From Squalus acanthias (taxonomy: Eukaryota): a stretch of 64,000 nt of DNA. Position numbers and translations under genes: made by a program. Where the stretch lies: assembly GCA_030390025.1 (NCBI GenBank), contig CM059431.1, positions 95,296,001 through 95,360,000 of the forward strand. Reading direction: 5' to 3'. Under the pieces are notes generated by a model. The model worked only from the letters and a program-made list of their open reading frames with translations, did no database searches and had not been told where the DNA came from. This document shows, piece after piece, positions 34,497-48,100 of the stretch (position 1 is its first letter; each line of letters starts with the position of its first letter).

Positions 34497-36214
34497 CTTC
34501 AGCAACTTCACTGAGGAGCAATGTATGAGGCGAGGTGCCTTTGCTTCCAAATGGAGGCTGTCACGTTGGTGTGTCACATGCTGCAGCCACAACTTGAGCC
34601 CCGTTGCATGGCATGGACTGCACAGCCTATGACTGTCAATGTCACCATGGTCCTTAACTTTTATGCCATGGGCTTCTTACAGACTACAGTAGGTGAGATC
34701 AGCGACATATCCCAGTTCGCATTCCTCTGGAGGTCAGGGAGGTCACCGAGGCTCCTCTTCACCAGGAGAAACACCTACATCTCCTTCCCTATTGACAGAG
34801 CGAAGCAAGATGAAAGAGAACAAGGCTTCACCCACATGGCAGGCTTCCTCAGGATGCAAAGTGCCATACACTGCACCCACATTGTCTTGCATGCTCTCCT
34901 TCACTAGCCTGACATGTTATCAATTGTAAGGGATTCCACTTCTCAACATGAGCACAGGCAGCTCATCGTGCGGGTCTGTGCCTGGTATCCTGGCAGCAAT
35001 CATAACTCTTTCATTGTGTGCATGTCCCTGCGCCGAATCTGGTTGGTCCTTTAAATTTCACTTACATGCAATTCCCCTCTCCCACTATTGATATTTTCCC
35101 TCGACCCATCTGAGTTTACACCTGGAGACATGAATAATTATTCAAATTAGCTTAGAGAATTGACAGTTATTTATGCTTGACCTTATTGGTAGGGATTATT
35201 TAGAACTGATTTAGACCTGTAAACAAAAACTGGCCCCAGTATTTCATTAGTTTGCAATCAAAGAGTCAAGAAAAGAGGATATGCGCAGTCTGCCATTGAC
35301 CACACCATAGGCTGCAAGGTGATTGGGCGGCAAAGTCAGAAGGGCACAGGGAACGACTACAAGTAGCAGTCTGCGAATAATCACTGTGCAGAACACAGGC
35401 AGCAAACTAGAACCCGAAAGGGAGAATATCTAAAAACAGCAGTCTGCGCATATACACCCTGTCTGTAACTACAGGCAGTAAAACAGACTCCAGAAGGAGG
35501 AGCAACCAGCTACAAGAGTAGTTTGTTAGTGTCTACTGTGTGAGCAACACACTCTTTGTGATCTGTGCTGGTAAGAAGGGTTTGCCTTTTCATTATTGTT
35601 GCAGTTAATCTTTGAAAAATCCAATGTTTGTGATTTTGAATAATGTGTGAGTTGAGGTGGGTTATTTTTCATTGACATGTACCCAGTGACATAGTTTTAC
35701 CTCAATCTTATGCCGAAATTAATTGAAAAGAGAAAGAATTATGAACTGCTGTGTAAAAATATGTACTATATGAATGCTTCAGTTCCTTATACATTTTACT
35801 AGGTTATTTATATCTGAATATTCATACATTTATATCTGAGGGACATGTGTACAGATTTGTTATTGGTTTTGATGGCTATAGATCAGGTAAATAATACTTG
35901 AAACGATGAGGTGTGAATATTAGTGCTGTGGTTGGTTAGAACATCCTACAATTTCACTCTATGAGCATCGATTTTAAGAGGTAATTGTGAGTCTGTGTTT
36001 GCAGTATGGATGGTTGCAGCTGGGAGCATGGGTCAAAGGTAGGGCTGAAATACTATTGGGGGCGATTCCACAACTGTCCTTCCCATCTAACGAGGCTCTG
36101 CGTCGGGTTCAGAGTCTCACAAAACTTACTCATAACGATTTAGGCAGCTGCTTTCACAATGTTATATAAGATAGTGATGAAGATTATTTATGTTTAAAAA
36201 ATATTGCTGCATTA

Positions 36215-36445
36215 GACATTCTTTATGAGCAATATGGGAACGTTTAAGACATGGAATGCCCTACCAGAAACTGTGCTGGAAGCAGAATCCATTGTAGTTT
36301 TAAAAAGGAAATGGTGAAATATATGAAAGAGAAAATTTTTAAAGGGTATGGGGAAAGGGCAGAGGAATAGAACTAAGTGGATAAATCTTTCAGAGAACCA
36401 GCACAGGCAAGATGGGCCAAATGTGCAATAAAATTTTATGATTTC
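36215..36445 (+). mobile_element. CR1 3' end fragment
   Basis: TWNALPETVLEAES...FKKE motif and GATGGGCCAAATG 3' UTR. Confidence 0.75.
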
Positions 36446-37118
36446 TGCTAAATGTGACTTAGAGTATATAACAACTTTAAAGTATATTCCAGGAAGACTT
36501 TTACAGGACATTTGGCTGCCACAGTTTACTGCACAATTTGTTGCACATATTTTGTTCCAGCAGTAAATTAATGACAGGTTGTCATTTGAAGGGCACTTTA
36601 CAATGACTTCCTGTGAATCACTTCAAATTAATTTAGACCATAGAGAGAGCTAACACCAGTATCAGAATTTACATACATTTAGTGGGCAAAAGAGAATGAG
36701 GTTGAAAGTACAAAGCAAAAAGTGTGTTCTTCCGGTGAAGTGTTCTGTGCCTAAGCAAATTTGGAAAGGGTTTCGACCCTTTTCTCTCAATGAGAACAAA
36801 ACTATTTACAAACTAACCAAGTATTGCCGACAGATCATTAACAGTTTAACGGCATGGTGCTGAAGTTTTTATCTCCAAACATAGCAACAGCCATTACAAA
36901 AATTCTTAGTGTAGAGCCATCATTATTCCTAAAAGCTAGAAGGGTAAATTTTCAGAAGGGATAACTTTCAACACTAGCCGGGGAGTAAAGCTGATGGTCT
37001 TGGACCGGCTGCTCAATTTTCCATTGCACTGACCTCAATGAAAAGGAAGATCAAGCAGGGTGTGTAACGGGCAGCTGATCCCAATCAGGTGCCAAGTTCA
37101 ATGTGCCTGATTCATATC

Positions 37119-39273
37119 GGGGTCGAAATTCAACATCGTTGAATAGGCATAAAACAGGTGCAACAATGACAAATTTAGCACTGGGAAGCCCCACACCCAA
37201 TTTGCACAAGTGCCTGGGCCACTGTCAAATTTAGCAAGACCTTTATTTAGGCAGCAATGGCAGCCGTCTGAAATGAGCATAGGCCTCATTACAATGCCCT
37301 AGTCATTAAATTGGTTAAAAGTAGTCAGACCTTGTGTTGTCAAAAGCTCTGTATACTTTTTCGGGCTTTACAACAGTGTAACTAGCCGTCTTTAAAGGGA
37401 CCGCTGGAGGCTGTGGAAGAATCCTTCAGATAACTTACCTTAATGCAAGGCCCTGACAATCATTTTCCAATCCTCTCTGGCTTAAGGTGTGGTGCCGGAG
37501 GACTGGAGGACTGCTAATGTGGTACCCTTGTTTAAAAAGGGAGAAAAGGATAGACCGAGTAATTACAGGCCAGTCAGCCGAACCTAGGTGGTGGGAAAAT
37601 TATTGGAAAGAATTCTGAAGGACAGGATAAATCTTCATTGAGAAAGACACGGATTAATCAAGGATAGTCAGCGCGGATTTGTTAAGGGAAGGTCGTGTCT
37701 GACACACTTGATTGAATATTTTGAGGAGGTAACAAAGAGGGTAGATGAGGGTAGTGTGTTTGATGTAGTGTATATGAACTTTAGCAAGGCTTTTGATAAG
37801 GTTCCACATGGCAGACTGGTCACAAAGTTAAAAGCCCATGGGATCCAGGGCAAAGTGTCAAGTTGGATTCAAAACTGGCTCAGAGGCAGGAAGCAGAGGG
37901 TAATGGTTGATGGGTGTTTTTGTGACTGAAAGGCTGTTTCCAGTGGGGTTCCGCAGGGCTCAGTACTAGGTCCTTTGCTTTTTGTGGTATATATCAATGA
38001 TCTAGACTTGAATATAGGGGGTATGATTAAGAAGTTTGCAGATGATACTAAAATCGGCTGTGTGGTTGATACTGAAGAAGGAAGCTGTAGACTGCAGGAA
38101 AATTTCAATAAATTGGTCAGGTGGGCAGAACACTGGCAAATGGAATTCAATCCGGAGAAGTGTGAGGTAATGCATTTGGGGAGGGCTAACAAGGAAAGGG
38201 AATGCACATTAAATGGTAGGACACAGAGTAGTGTAGAGGAACAAAGGGACTTTGGAGTGCATGTCCACAGATCCCTGAAGGTAGCCGGCCAGGTAGATAA
38301 GGTGGTTAAGAAGGCATACGGAATGCTTGCTATGTATGGCATAGAATACAAGAGCAGGGGGGTTATGCTTCAACTGTATAAAACACTAGTTAGGCTCGGC
38401 TAGAGTACTGCGTGCAGTTCTGGTCACCACATTACAGGAAAGATGTGATTGCACGAGAGAGGGTACAGAGGAAATTTACAAGGATGTTGTCAGGAGTAGA
38501 GAATCTTAGCTCTGAGGAAAGACTGGATAGGCTGGGTTTGTTTTCCTTGGAACAGAGGAGGCTGAGGAGACCTTATTGAGGTGTATAAAATTATGAGGGG
38601 CCTAGATAAAGTGGATAGAAAGGACCTATTTCCCTTAGCAGAGGGGTCAAAAACCAGGGGGCACAGATTTAAAGTAATTTGGGGAAGGTTTAGAGGGGAG
38701 TTGAGGGGAAATTTCTTCACCCAGAGGGTTTTGGGGGTCTGGAACTCACTGCCTGAAAGGGTGGTAGAGGCAGGAACCCTAACCACATTTAAAAAGTACT
38801 TTGATGTGCACTTGGGATATGCTGTAACCTGCAGGGCTACGGACCAAAAGCTAGGAAGTGGGATTAGGCTGGATAGCTCTTTTTTGGCCTGCGCGGACAC
38901 GATGGGCCAAAATGGCCTCCTTCCGTGCTGTAACTTTCTATGGTTCTATGATAATGTGAGGCAAGAGTGCTCCTCCTGCCTCCCCATTAAGACTGCAGTC
39001 ATTGCCAGTCTGTGCTCACCACCTTCCCAAACACATCCCCTCCACAGATTCACCTATGGGTCTCAGTCAGTGTCCGAGCCAGCTGAAAATGTTCAGGCTC
39101 TGACCAGTGAGCTACGTCGGGTCGCTCAATTGCCATCCGTGTCTCACTGGAATTATGATGAATAGACCCAAATACTAATTTAGGACGGTCATTGGACCTC
39201 TTCGTTCTCAAGCACCTTACCTCCATGCTGCACAAACTGTGCTCGGTTTTGAGTGCTGAGGAATTTACGCCCC
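37119..39273. mobile_element. Old Harbinger-type MITE hosting a CR1
   Basis: TIRs GGGGTCGAAATTC / GAATTTACGCCCC; flanks ATC/AAC; internal TTTAAAGGG and ACTTACCT motifs as in the other Harbinger ends. Confidence 0.55.
37452..38951 (+). mobile_element. 5'-truncated CR1 LINE with 11-bp TSD
   Basis: RT motifs (NFSKAFDKVPH, KFADDTK, WQMEFN), TTCTATG tail; TSD TAATGCAAGGC / TAATGTGAGGC. Confidence 0.92.
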
Positions 39274-40199
39274 AACGCTCCTGACTTTCTGGTCATTAAA
39301 ATTTAGTATCAGGAAATCAGATGCTGACCGCCACACTCTGCCTTGTGCTCTCATTGAGCCAGACTCCACTTCTGAAATCTCCTAAACTTATCCCAGAGTT
39401 TAACACATTCATTACTCCCAACAAATAACAAGTATACTGGTCTTATATTTATATCTACATTTTTTCTCATAAGGAGCCGTGTTTACTTTGCTCTGCAGGC
39501 TGACCTCTACTGATCTATTTGATAAGTTGCCAGCAGACCAACCCGTGGGAAAGTTTCCTACATATCAAACCAGATTTCTGAGATAGGCTCATTGCTTTTT
39601 AAAAAAATGTGACAACTGCTGGTAAAAGATCATGTTTATTCAGCTTGGGTTTATTCTTTTAAGCCAGCTACATGTTTTGTCTCAATGTGAAGTGGTTTCT
39701 GCTCGGCATCAAATCAAACTGTAAGGTGTAACCTGGGTGTGAAGTCCAGAGCTTTGGACATCAGTGTGATATTTCTAGTGACAAGCTGTGTACCTGAGAT
39801 ATTGCTTCATGCCAGGAATGTAAACAAAATGATCCCTGATGAATTGCCTTCTCCATTAATTAAAGACTGCAACCTGGATTTCCTTCATCAAATTGGCATG
39901 AAGACACTGTAAGCTGTGTGATTGGTGGGAGAACTTGGGCTGGAACTCTTTGTTCCTTTTTCAACCCATCAAAATTTCTAGTAGACTTGGAGAAGAGCAT
40001 ATAAGACAACCCTTCCCAATTAGGTGGGAGTATTACGATGCCATATGTATGAGGGAAATATGACACAGGACATTTGCACATAGCAACACTGGGTGCTAAA
40101 GACACTTGTGCATCTCTAATTTCCAGCATTGCTAAGAGTCTCAGGGAGATTTAAAAGTTTACCAGACTGTTCACAGCACATCCAACCTCATACCTTCTC

Positions 40200-40722
40200 C
40201 AGCACCAACATTGCCTACTTCCTACTGGCCTTCTATTTTCCATAAACTTCAGCTCATCCCAAACTCTGATACCCATATCCTATCCTATACTAATCACATT
40301 CAACCATCACCTCTGTTCTCACTGATCTACATTGGTTCCTAGTCCCCCAACACATCAAATTAAAAATTCTTGTCCTTTTGTTTAAATCCCTCCATGGCCT
40401 CACCCCTCCCTCTCTCCGTAATCTTCTCCAGCCCTATATCAGTTTAAACTCTCTTTTCCTCTGATTCTGGTCTCTTGTGCATGTCGCAATTCTTCACTCC
40501 ACCATTGGTAGCCATGCTTTCAGCCGCCCAGATACCACACTCAGAAATTCCATCCCTAAACCCCTCTGCCTCTCCACCTCTTTCTCCTCCTTTAAGACCA
40601 TGTTTAAAACCCATCTTACACCCCTTCAAGCTTCTCCTTTGGCTCGGTGTCTATTTTTCTCATCCCCTTATGAAGTGCCTTGAGCATTTTTCCATGTTAA
40701 AATGCTATATAGATGCAAGTTG
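40200..40722 (+). mobile_element. L2 LINE 3' end
   Basis: KLQLI.N...ITSVLTDLHW...KILVLLFKSLHGL C-terminal motifs; tail ATGCTATATAGATGCAAGTTG. Confidence 0.8.
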
Positions 40723-41159
40723 CACACAGGCTTTGATTCAAAAATTCAGGATAGCTTGAGACATAAGCAAAAAACAAACAGACTGTTGTCACAGACATTA
40801 TTTACACTTTGCAACACTCTGGACTGTATTCTTATCTTTGAAAAGTAAAGTTATGAGAATACAATAATGTTTGTTGAGCCCCAGGAAAGACAATGGCCGT
40901 AGCGTTGCTGCAAGCCCCATGTCTCTGACTCTAGCCCTGGTTCCGAGATTACCCATTTCCACATGGTCTCTATGCAGCAACTCAACTTGGACAGTTTGTT
41001 CATTCATGTTGTATGTGTATCTCTTTCTCTCTCCCCTCCTCTCTCACAATCACAATTTCTAAATTACATCTAAGATCATAACACTGCTTAGTTTCACTGA
41101 CCAGAAACTTAAGATACCCTTAAACAGGGTAATGAAATGGATGAGGCGGGGGGCGGGGT

Positions 41160-41794
41160 ATTTTTTATGTCATTGTTCCCGACATGGACCATGACAACTG
41201 GACCTCCCCCACCCTTTCCAAGTTCCTCCCCAGTTGCTCCAAGATGTCCTTTACTCTGTGCCAGACAGGTAACACTCCCTCCTGGACTCTTGGTCGTGAC
41301 TACAATGGATGCTATCTATCCCCCTAATTATGGAATCCCCTGTGATGATAACATTTATATTATGATTTTCACTTCCTCCCCATTGGGCCGCCTCCTGCTC
41401 AACAGTGCCATGATTAGTAATCTGGCCATCCTCCCTGCAGCCTTCATCCTTATCCTCACAGGTATCAAGTTACATTGTAACTATTGGATAGGACCAGTGT
41501 CTGCAGAACCTTCTTCTCCATCGTCCCTTGGTACCCACTACCCTACTGACTGACAGTCACACTCTCCCCTTCCTGCAGTTGTGCTTTCCTCTGAGGTGTG
41601 ACTGTACTCTGGAGAAAACTATCCAGAAATTCCTCCTCCTCCCTTGTGTCAGTGTGTCTCTAGCTCGCATTCGAGCTCAATGACTCTAAGCTGGAGTTTC
41701 TCCAGGCATTTCCTGCAGATGTGGCAATCCAGGACATCTCACTGTCCACAAATTCCCACATACTGCAGTCCCAACACAGAACCTGAACTGCCAT
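41160..41794 (-). pseudogene. CR1 ORF1 (zinc finger/leucine zipper + SGNH esterase), degraded
   Basis: MAVQVLCWDCSMWEF...HICRKCLEKLQLRVIELE; ITGDSIIRGID; VMVHVGNND. Confidence 0.8.
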
Positions 41795-41912
41795 TTCTAT
41801 TCTTTATTAATTAATTTATTTTTAGTTAGCAATACTTTATTTTTAAAACTAATATAATCACTAGAGATCTAGATTATAATTATTAAATAGATTTAGTTTG
41901 ATTTCAAATTAG

Positions 41913-42172
41913 TTAGTGGACGAGTTCAAGTAGGTTTTTCCCTCGTGATGGTTCTCTCATCACCTGTCGCAGGCCCAGACTGGCAGTTATGTCCTTCAGG
42001 ACTCGGCCAGCGTAGTCAGTGGTGGTGCTACCGAGCCACTCTTGGTGATGGACATTGAAGTCCCCAACCCAGAGTACATTCTGTGCCCTTGCTATTCTTA
42101 GTGCTTCTTCCAAGTGGTGTTCAACATGGAGGAGTACTGATTCATCAGCTGAGGGAGGGCAGTAGGTGGTAA
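41913..42172 (-). pseudogene. LINE APE endonuclease fragment (not the CR1 type seen elsewhere in the window; possibly same family as 1-483)
   Basis: NVLWVGDFNVHHQEWLGSTTTD...LRQVMREPSRGKNLLELV. Confidence 0.8.
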
Positions 42173-42173
42173 C

Positions 42174-45100
42174 AATGCACTTTGGAACATCCTGAGGAAG
42201 TTCTAAGGTGCTTTATTAATGCATTTTGGGAGTTCCTGAGGATGTTATGAGGTGTTGCATCAAAGCACTTTGGGAGATGCTGATGATGTGGTAAGCTGTT
42301 GTATCAATTTACTTTGAGGGGTCCTGTTGATGTGAAAAGGTACTGTATGAATGCAGTTTGGGAGATCCTGAGGGTGTTAGGATGCTATATAATGCGCTAT
42401 TGGAGATCCCGAGGATGAGAGAAGGATCTGTACAAATGTATTGGGAGATCCTGAGGATGTTATAAGGTGCTATATCAATGGACTTTGGGAGATGCTGAAG
42501 AAGTCATAAACTGCTGTATGAATGTCAATTTAAGAGGTCTTGTGGATGTGAAAATGTGCTGTATGAATGCATTTTGGGAAAACTTGAGGATGTTTTATGC
42601 TGTGATATGACTGTACCTTTGGAGATCCTGAGTATGAGAAAAGGGGCTGTCCAAATCCACTGGGAGATCCTCAGGATGCTATAAGGTGCTGTATGACTGC
42701 ACTTTGGGAGATCCTGAGGATGTGATAAGGAGCTTTATCAATGCACTTTTTGAGATCCTGAGGATGTTTTAAGATGCCACAAAAATGCAGTTAAGGATAA
42801 TCGAAGGATGTGATAACATTCTTTATGAATACAGTTTCGGAGATCCTGAGCATGTGATAAGGTGCACTTTGCAGATTCTGGGGGTGTGATATGGTGCTGT
42901 ATTAATACAGTTTGGGAGATCCTGGGGGTGTGATATGGTGCTTTATGAATACAGTTTGGGAGATCCTGGGGGTGTGATATGGTGCTGTAGGAATACAGTT
43001 TGGGAGATCCTGGGGGTGTGATATGCTGCTGTAGGAATACAGTTTGGGAGATCCTGGGGTGTGATATGCTGCTGTATGAATACAGTTTGCGAGATCCTGG
43101 GGGTGTGATATGGTGCTGTAAGAATGCAGTTTGGGAGATCCTGGGGNNNNNNNNNNNNNNNNNNNNNNNNNNNNNNNNNNNNNNNNNNNNNNNNNNNNNN
43201 NNNNNNNNNNNNNNNNNNNNNNNNNNNNNNNNNNNNNNNNNNNNNNNNNNNNNNNNNNNNNNNNNNNNNNNNNNNNNNNNNNNNNNNNNNNNNNNNNNNN
43301 NNNNNNNNNNNNNNNNNNNNNNNNNNNNNNNNNNNNNNNNNNNNNNTTTGGGAGATCCTGGGGGTGTGATATGGTGCTGTATGAAAGCACTTTGAGAGAT
43401 CCTAGGGGTGTGATATGCTGCTGTATGAATACAGTTTGGGAGATCCTGGGGGTGTGATATGATGCTGTATGAATACAGGTTGTGAGATCCTGGGGCTGTG
43501 ATATGGTGCTGTATGAATGCAGTTTGGTAGATCCTGGGGGTGTGATATGGTGCTGTAAGAATGCAGTTTGGTAGATCCTGGGGGTGTGATATGGTGCTTA
43601 ATGAATACAGTTTGGGAGATCCTGGGGCTGTGATATGGTGCTGTATGAATGCAGTTTGTGAGATCCTGGGGGTGTGTTATGGTGCTGTACGAATGCAGTT
43701 TGTGAGAACTTGTGGATCTGATATGATGCTGTATGAATGCAGTTTGGGAGATCCTGGGGGTGTGATATGGTGCTGTATGAATACAGTTTGGGAAATAATG
43801 GGTGTGTGATATGGTGCTGTATGAATGCAGTGTGGGAGATCCTGGGGGTGGGATATGGTGCTGTATGAATGCAGTTTGGGAGATCCTTGTGGTGTGATAT
43901 GGTGCTGCATGAATGCAGTTTGGGAGATCCTGGGGGTGTGATATGGTGCTGTATGAATGCAGTTTGGGAGATCCTGGGGGTGTGATATGGTGCTGTATGA
44001 ATGCAGTTTGGGAGATCCTGGGGGTGTGATATGTTACTGTACGAATACAGTTTGGGAGATCCTGGGGGTGTGATATGGTACTGTATGAATGCAGTTTGGG
44101 AGATCCTGGGGGTGTGATATGTTACTGTACGAATACACTATGCAGTTCCTGGGGGTGTGATATGGTGCTGTATTTATACAGTTTGGGAGATCCTGGGGGT
44201 GTGATATGGTGCTGTATGAATACAGTTTGGGAGATCCGGGGGTGTGATATGCTGCTGTATGAATACAGTTTGGGAGATCCCGGGGGTGTGATATGGTGCT
44301 GTACGAATGCAGTTTGGGAGATCCTGGGGGTGTGATATGGTGGTTTATGAATACAGTTTGGGAGATCCTGGGGTGAGATATGGTGCTGTATGAATGCACT
44401 TTGGGAGATCCTGGGGGTGTGATATGGTGCTGTATGAAAGCACTTTGAGAGATCCTAGGGGTGTGATATGCTGCTGTATGAATACAGTTTGGGAGATCCT
44501 GGGTGTGTGATATGATGCTGTATGAATACAGGTTGTGAGATCCTGTGGGTGTGATATGGTGCTGTAAGAATGCAGTTTGGTAGATCCTGGGGGTGTGATA
44601 TGGTGCTTAATGAATACAGTTTGGGAGATCCTGGGGCTGTGTTATGGTGCTGTATGAATGCAGTTTGTGAGATCCTGGGGGTGTGTTATGGTGCTGTACA
44701 AATGCAGTTTGTGAGAACTTGTGGATCTGATATGGTGCTGTATGAATGCAGTTTGGGAGATCCTGGGGGTGTGATATGGTGCTGTATGAATGCAGTTTGG
44801 GAGATCCTGTGGGTGTGATATGGTGCTGTATGAATACAGTTTGGGAAATAATGGGTGTGTGATATGGTGCTGTATGAATGCAGTGTGGGAGATCCTGGGG
44901 GTGGGATATGGTGCTGTATGAATGCAGTTTGGGAGATCCTTGTGGTGTGATATGTTGCTGCATGAATGCAGTTTGGGAGATCCTGGGGTTGTGATATGGT
45001 GCTGTATGAATGCAGTTTGGGAGATCCTGGGGGTGTGATATGTTACTGTACGAATACACTATGCAGTTCCTGGGGGTGTGATATGGTGCTGTATTTATAC

Positions 45101-48100
45101 AGTTTGGGAGATCCTGGGGGTGTGATATGGTGCTGTATGAATGCAGTTTGGGAGATCCTGGGGGTGTGATATGCTGCTGTATGAATACAGTTTGGGAGAT
45201 CCTGGGGGTGTGATATGGTGCTGTATGAATGCAGTTTGGGAGATCCTGGGGGTATGATATGCTGCTTTATGAATACAGTTTGGGGTTCCTGGGGGTCTGA
45301 TGTGGTACTGTATGAATACAGTTCGTGAGATCCTGGGGGTGTGATATGGTGCCGTATGAATGCAGTTTGGGAGATTCTGGGGGTGTGATATGGTGTTCTA
45401 TGAATACAGTGTGGGAGATCCTGAATGTGTGATATGGTGCTGTATGAATGCAGTTTGGGAGATCCTGGGGGTGTGATATTGTGCTGTATGAATACAGTTT
45501 GGGAGATCCTGGGGTGAGATATGGTGCTGTATGAATGCAGTTTGGGAGATCCTTGGGGTGTGATATGGTGCTGTATGAATGCAGTTTGGGAGATCCTGGG
45601 GGCGTGATATGGTGCTGTATGAATACAGTTTGGGAGATCCTGGGGTGTGATATGGTGCTGTATGAATGCAGTTTGGGAGATCCTTGGGGTGTGATATGGT
45701 GCTGTATGAATACAGTTTTGGAGATCCTGGGGGTGTGATATGATGCTGTATGAATACAGGTTGTGAGATCCTGTGGGTGTGATATGGTGCTGTAAGAATG
45801 CAGTTTGGTAGATCCTGGGTGTGTGATATGGTGCTTAATGAATACAGTTTGGGAGATCCTGGGGCTGTGATATGGTGCTGTATGAATGCAGTTTGGGAGA
45901 TCCTGGGGGTGTGTTATGGTGCTGTACGAATGCAGTTTGTGAGAACTTGTGGATCTGATATGGTGCTGTATGAATGCAGTTTGGGTGATCCTGGGGGTGT
46001 GATATGGTGCTGTATGAATACAGTTTGGGAAATAATGTGTGTGTGATATGGTGCTGTATGAATGCAGTGTGGGAGATCCTGGGGGTGGGATATGTTACTG
46101 TATGAATACAGTTTGGGAGATCCTTGTGGTGTGATATGGTGTTGTATGAATGCAGTTTGGGAGATCCTGGGGGTGTGATATGTTACTGTATGAATACAGT
46201 TTGGGAGATCCTTGTGGTGTGATATGGTGCTGTACGAATGCAGTTTGTGAGAACTTGTGGATCTGATATGGTGCTGTATGAATGCAGTTTGGGAGATCCT
46301 GGGGGTGTGTTATGGTGCTGTATGAATACAGTTTGGGAGATCCTGGGGGTGTGATATGGTGCTGTATGAATGCAGTTTGGGAGATCCTGGGGGTGTGATA
46401 TGTTACTGTATGAATACAGTTTGGGAGATCCTGGGGGTGTGATATGGTGCTGTATGAATACAGTTTGGGAGATCCTGGGGGTGTGATATGGTGCTGTATG
46501 AATACAGCTTGGGAGATCCTTGTGATGTGATATGGTGCTGTATGAATGCAGTTTGGGAGATCCTTGTGATGTGATATGATGCTGTATGAATACAGTTTGG
46601 GAGATCCTTGTGGTGTGATATGGTGCTGTATGAATGCAGTTTGGGAGATCCTGGGGGTGGGATATGTTACTGTACGAATACAGTTTGGGAGATCCTGGGG
46701 GTGTGATATGTTACTGTACGAATTAGGTTTGGGAGATCCTGGGGGTGTGATATGGTGCTGTATGAATGCAGTTTGGCAGATCCTGGGGATGTGATACGGT
46801 GCTGTATGAATGCAGTTTGGGAGATCCTGGGGGTGTGATATGGTGCTTTATGAATACAGTTTGGGGTTCCTGGGGGTCTGATGTGGTGCTGTATGAATGC
46901 AGTTTGGGAGATCCTTGGGGTGTGATATGGTGCTGTATGAATACAGTTTTGGAGATCCTGGGGGTGTGATATGATGCTGTATGAATACAGGTTGTGAGAT
47001 CCTGTGGGTGTGATATGGTGCTGTATGAATGCAGTTTGGGAGATCCTGGGGGTGTGATATGGTGCTGTATGAATACAGTTTGGGAAATAATGTGTGTGTG
47101 ATATGGTGCTGTATGAATGCAGTTTGGAAGATCCTGGGGGTGTGATATGGTGCTATACGAATGCAGTTTGGGAGATCCTGGGGGTGTGATATGGTGCTTT
47201 ATGTATACAGTTTGGGAGATCCTGGGGTTGTGATATGCCGCTGTATGAATGCAGTTTGGGAGATCCTGGGGGTGTGATATTGTGCTGTATTTATACAGTT
47301 TGGAAGATCCTGGGGGTGTGATATGGTGCTGTATGAATACAGTTTGGGAGATCCTGCAGGTGTGATATGGTGTTGTATGAATACAGTTTGGGAGATCCTG
47401 GGGGTGTGATATGGTGCTGTATGAATACAGTTTGGGAGATCCTGGGGTTGTGATATGGTGCTGTATGAATACAGGTTGGGAGATCCTGGGGGTGTGATAT
47501 GATGCTGTATGAATACAGTTTGGGAGATCCTGGGGTTGTGGTATGGTGCTGTAAGAATGTAGTTTGGGAGATCCTGGGGTGTGATACGGTGCTGTATGAA
47601 TGCACTTTGGGAGATCCTGTCTGTGTGATATGGTGCTGTATGAAAGCACTTTGGGAGATCCTGGGGGTGTGATATGGTGCTGTATGAATACAGTTTGGGA
47701 GATCCTGGGTGTGTGATATGGTGCTGTATGAAAGCACTTTGGGAGATCCTGGGGGTGTGATATGCTGCTGTGTGAATACAGTTTGGGAGATCCTGAAGCT
47801 GTGATATTGTGCTGTATGAATGCAGTTTGGGAGATCCTGGGGATGTGATATGGTGCTGTATGAATGCAGTTTGGGAGATCCTGGGGGTGTGATATTGTGC
47901 TGTATTTATACAGTTTGGAAGATCCTGGGGGTGTGATATGGTGCTATACGAATGCAGTTTGGGAGATCCTGGGGGTGTGATATGGTGCTTTATGTGTACA
48001 GTTTGGGAGATCCTGGGGGTGTGATATGCCGCTGTATGAATACAGTTTTGGAGATCCTGGGGTGTGATATGGTGCTGTACGAATGCAGTTTAGGGATCCT

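Larger units (their letters stand above)
28400..35240 (+). mobile_element. Old Harbinger 3, transposase split into ~28700-28825 and ~34493-35030 by nested insertions; ends approximate
   Basis: RRRRALCRRPYPQRVF on the left continues as SNFTEEQC...VLNFYA...AGFLRMQSAIHCTH on the right. Confidence 0.65.

Noticed and set aside
39860..40129. 89-aa ORF in unique DNA
   Set aside because: No recognisable motif or convincing splice signals; in-frame stop shortly upstream.
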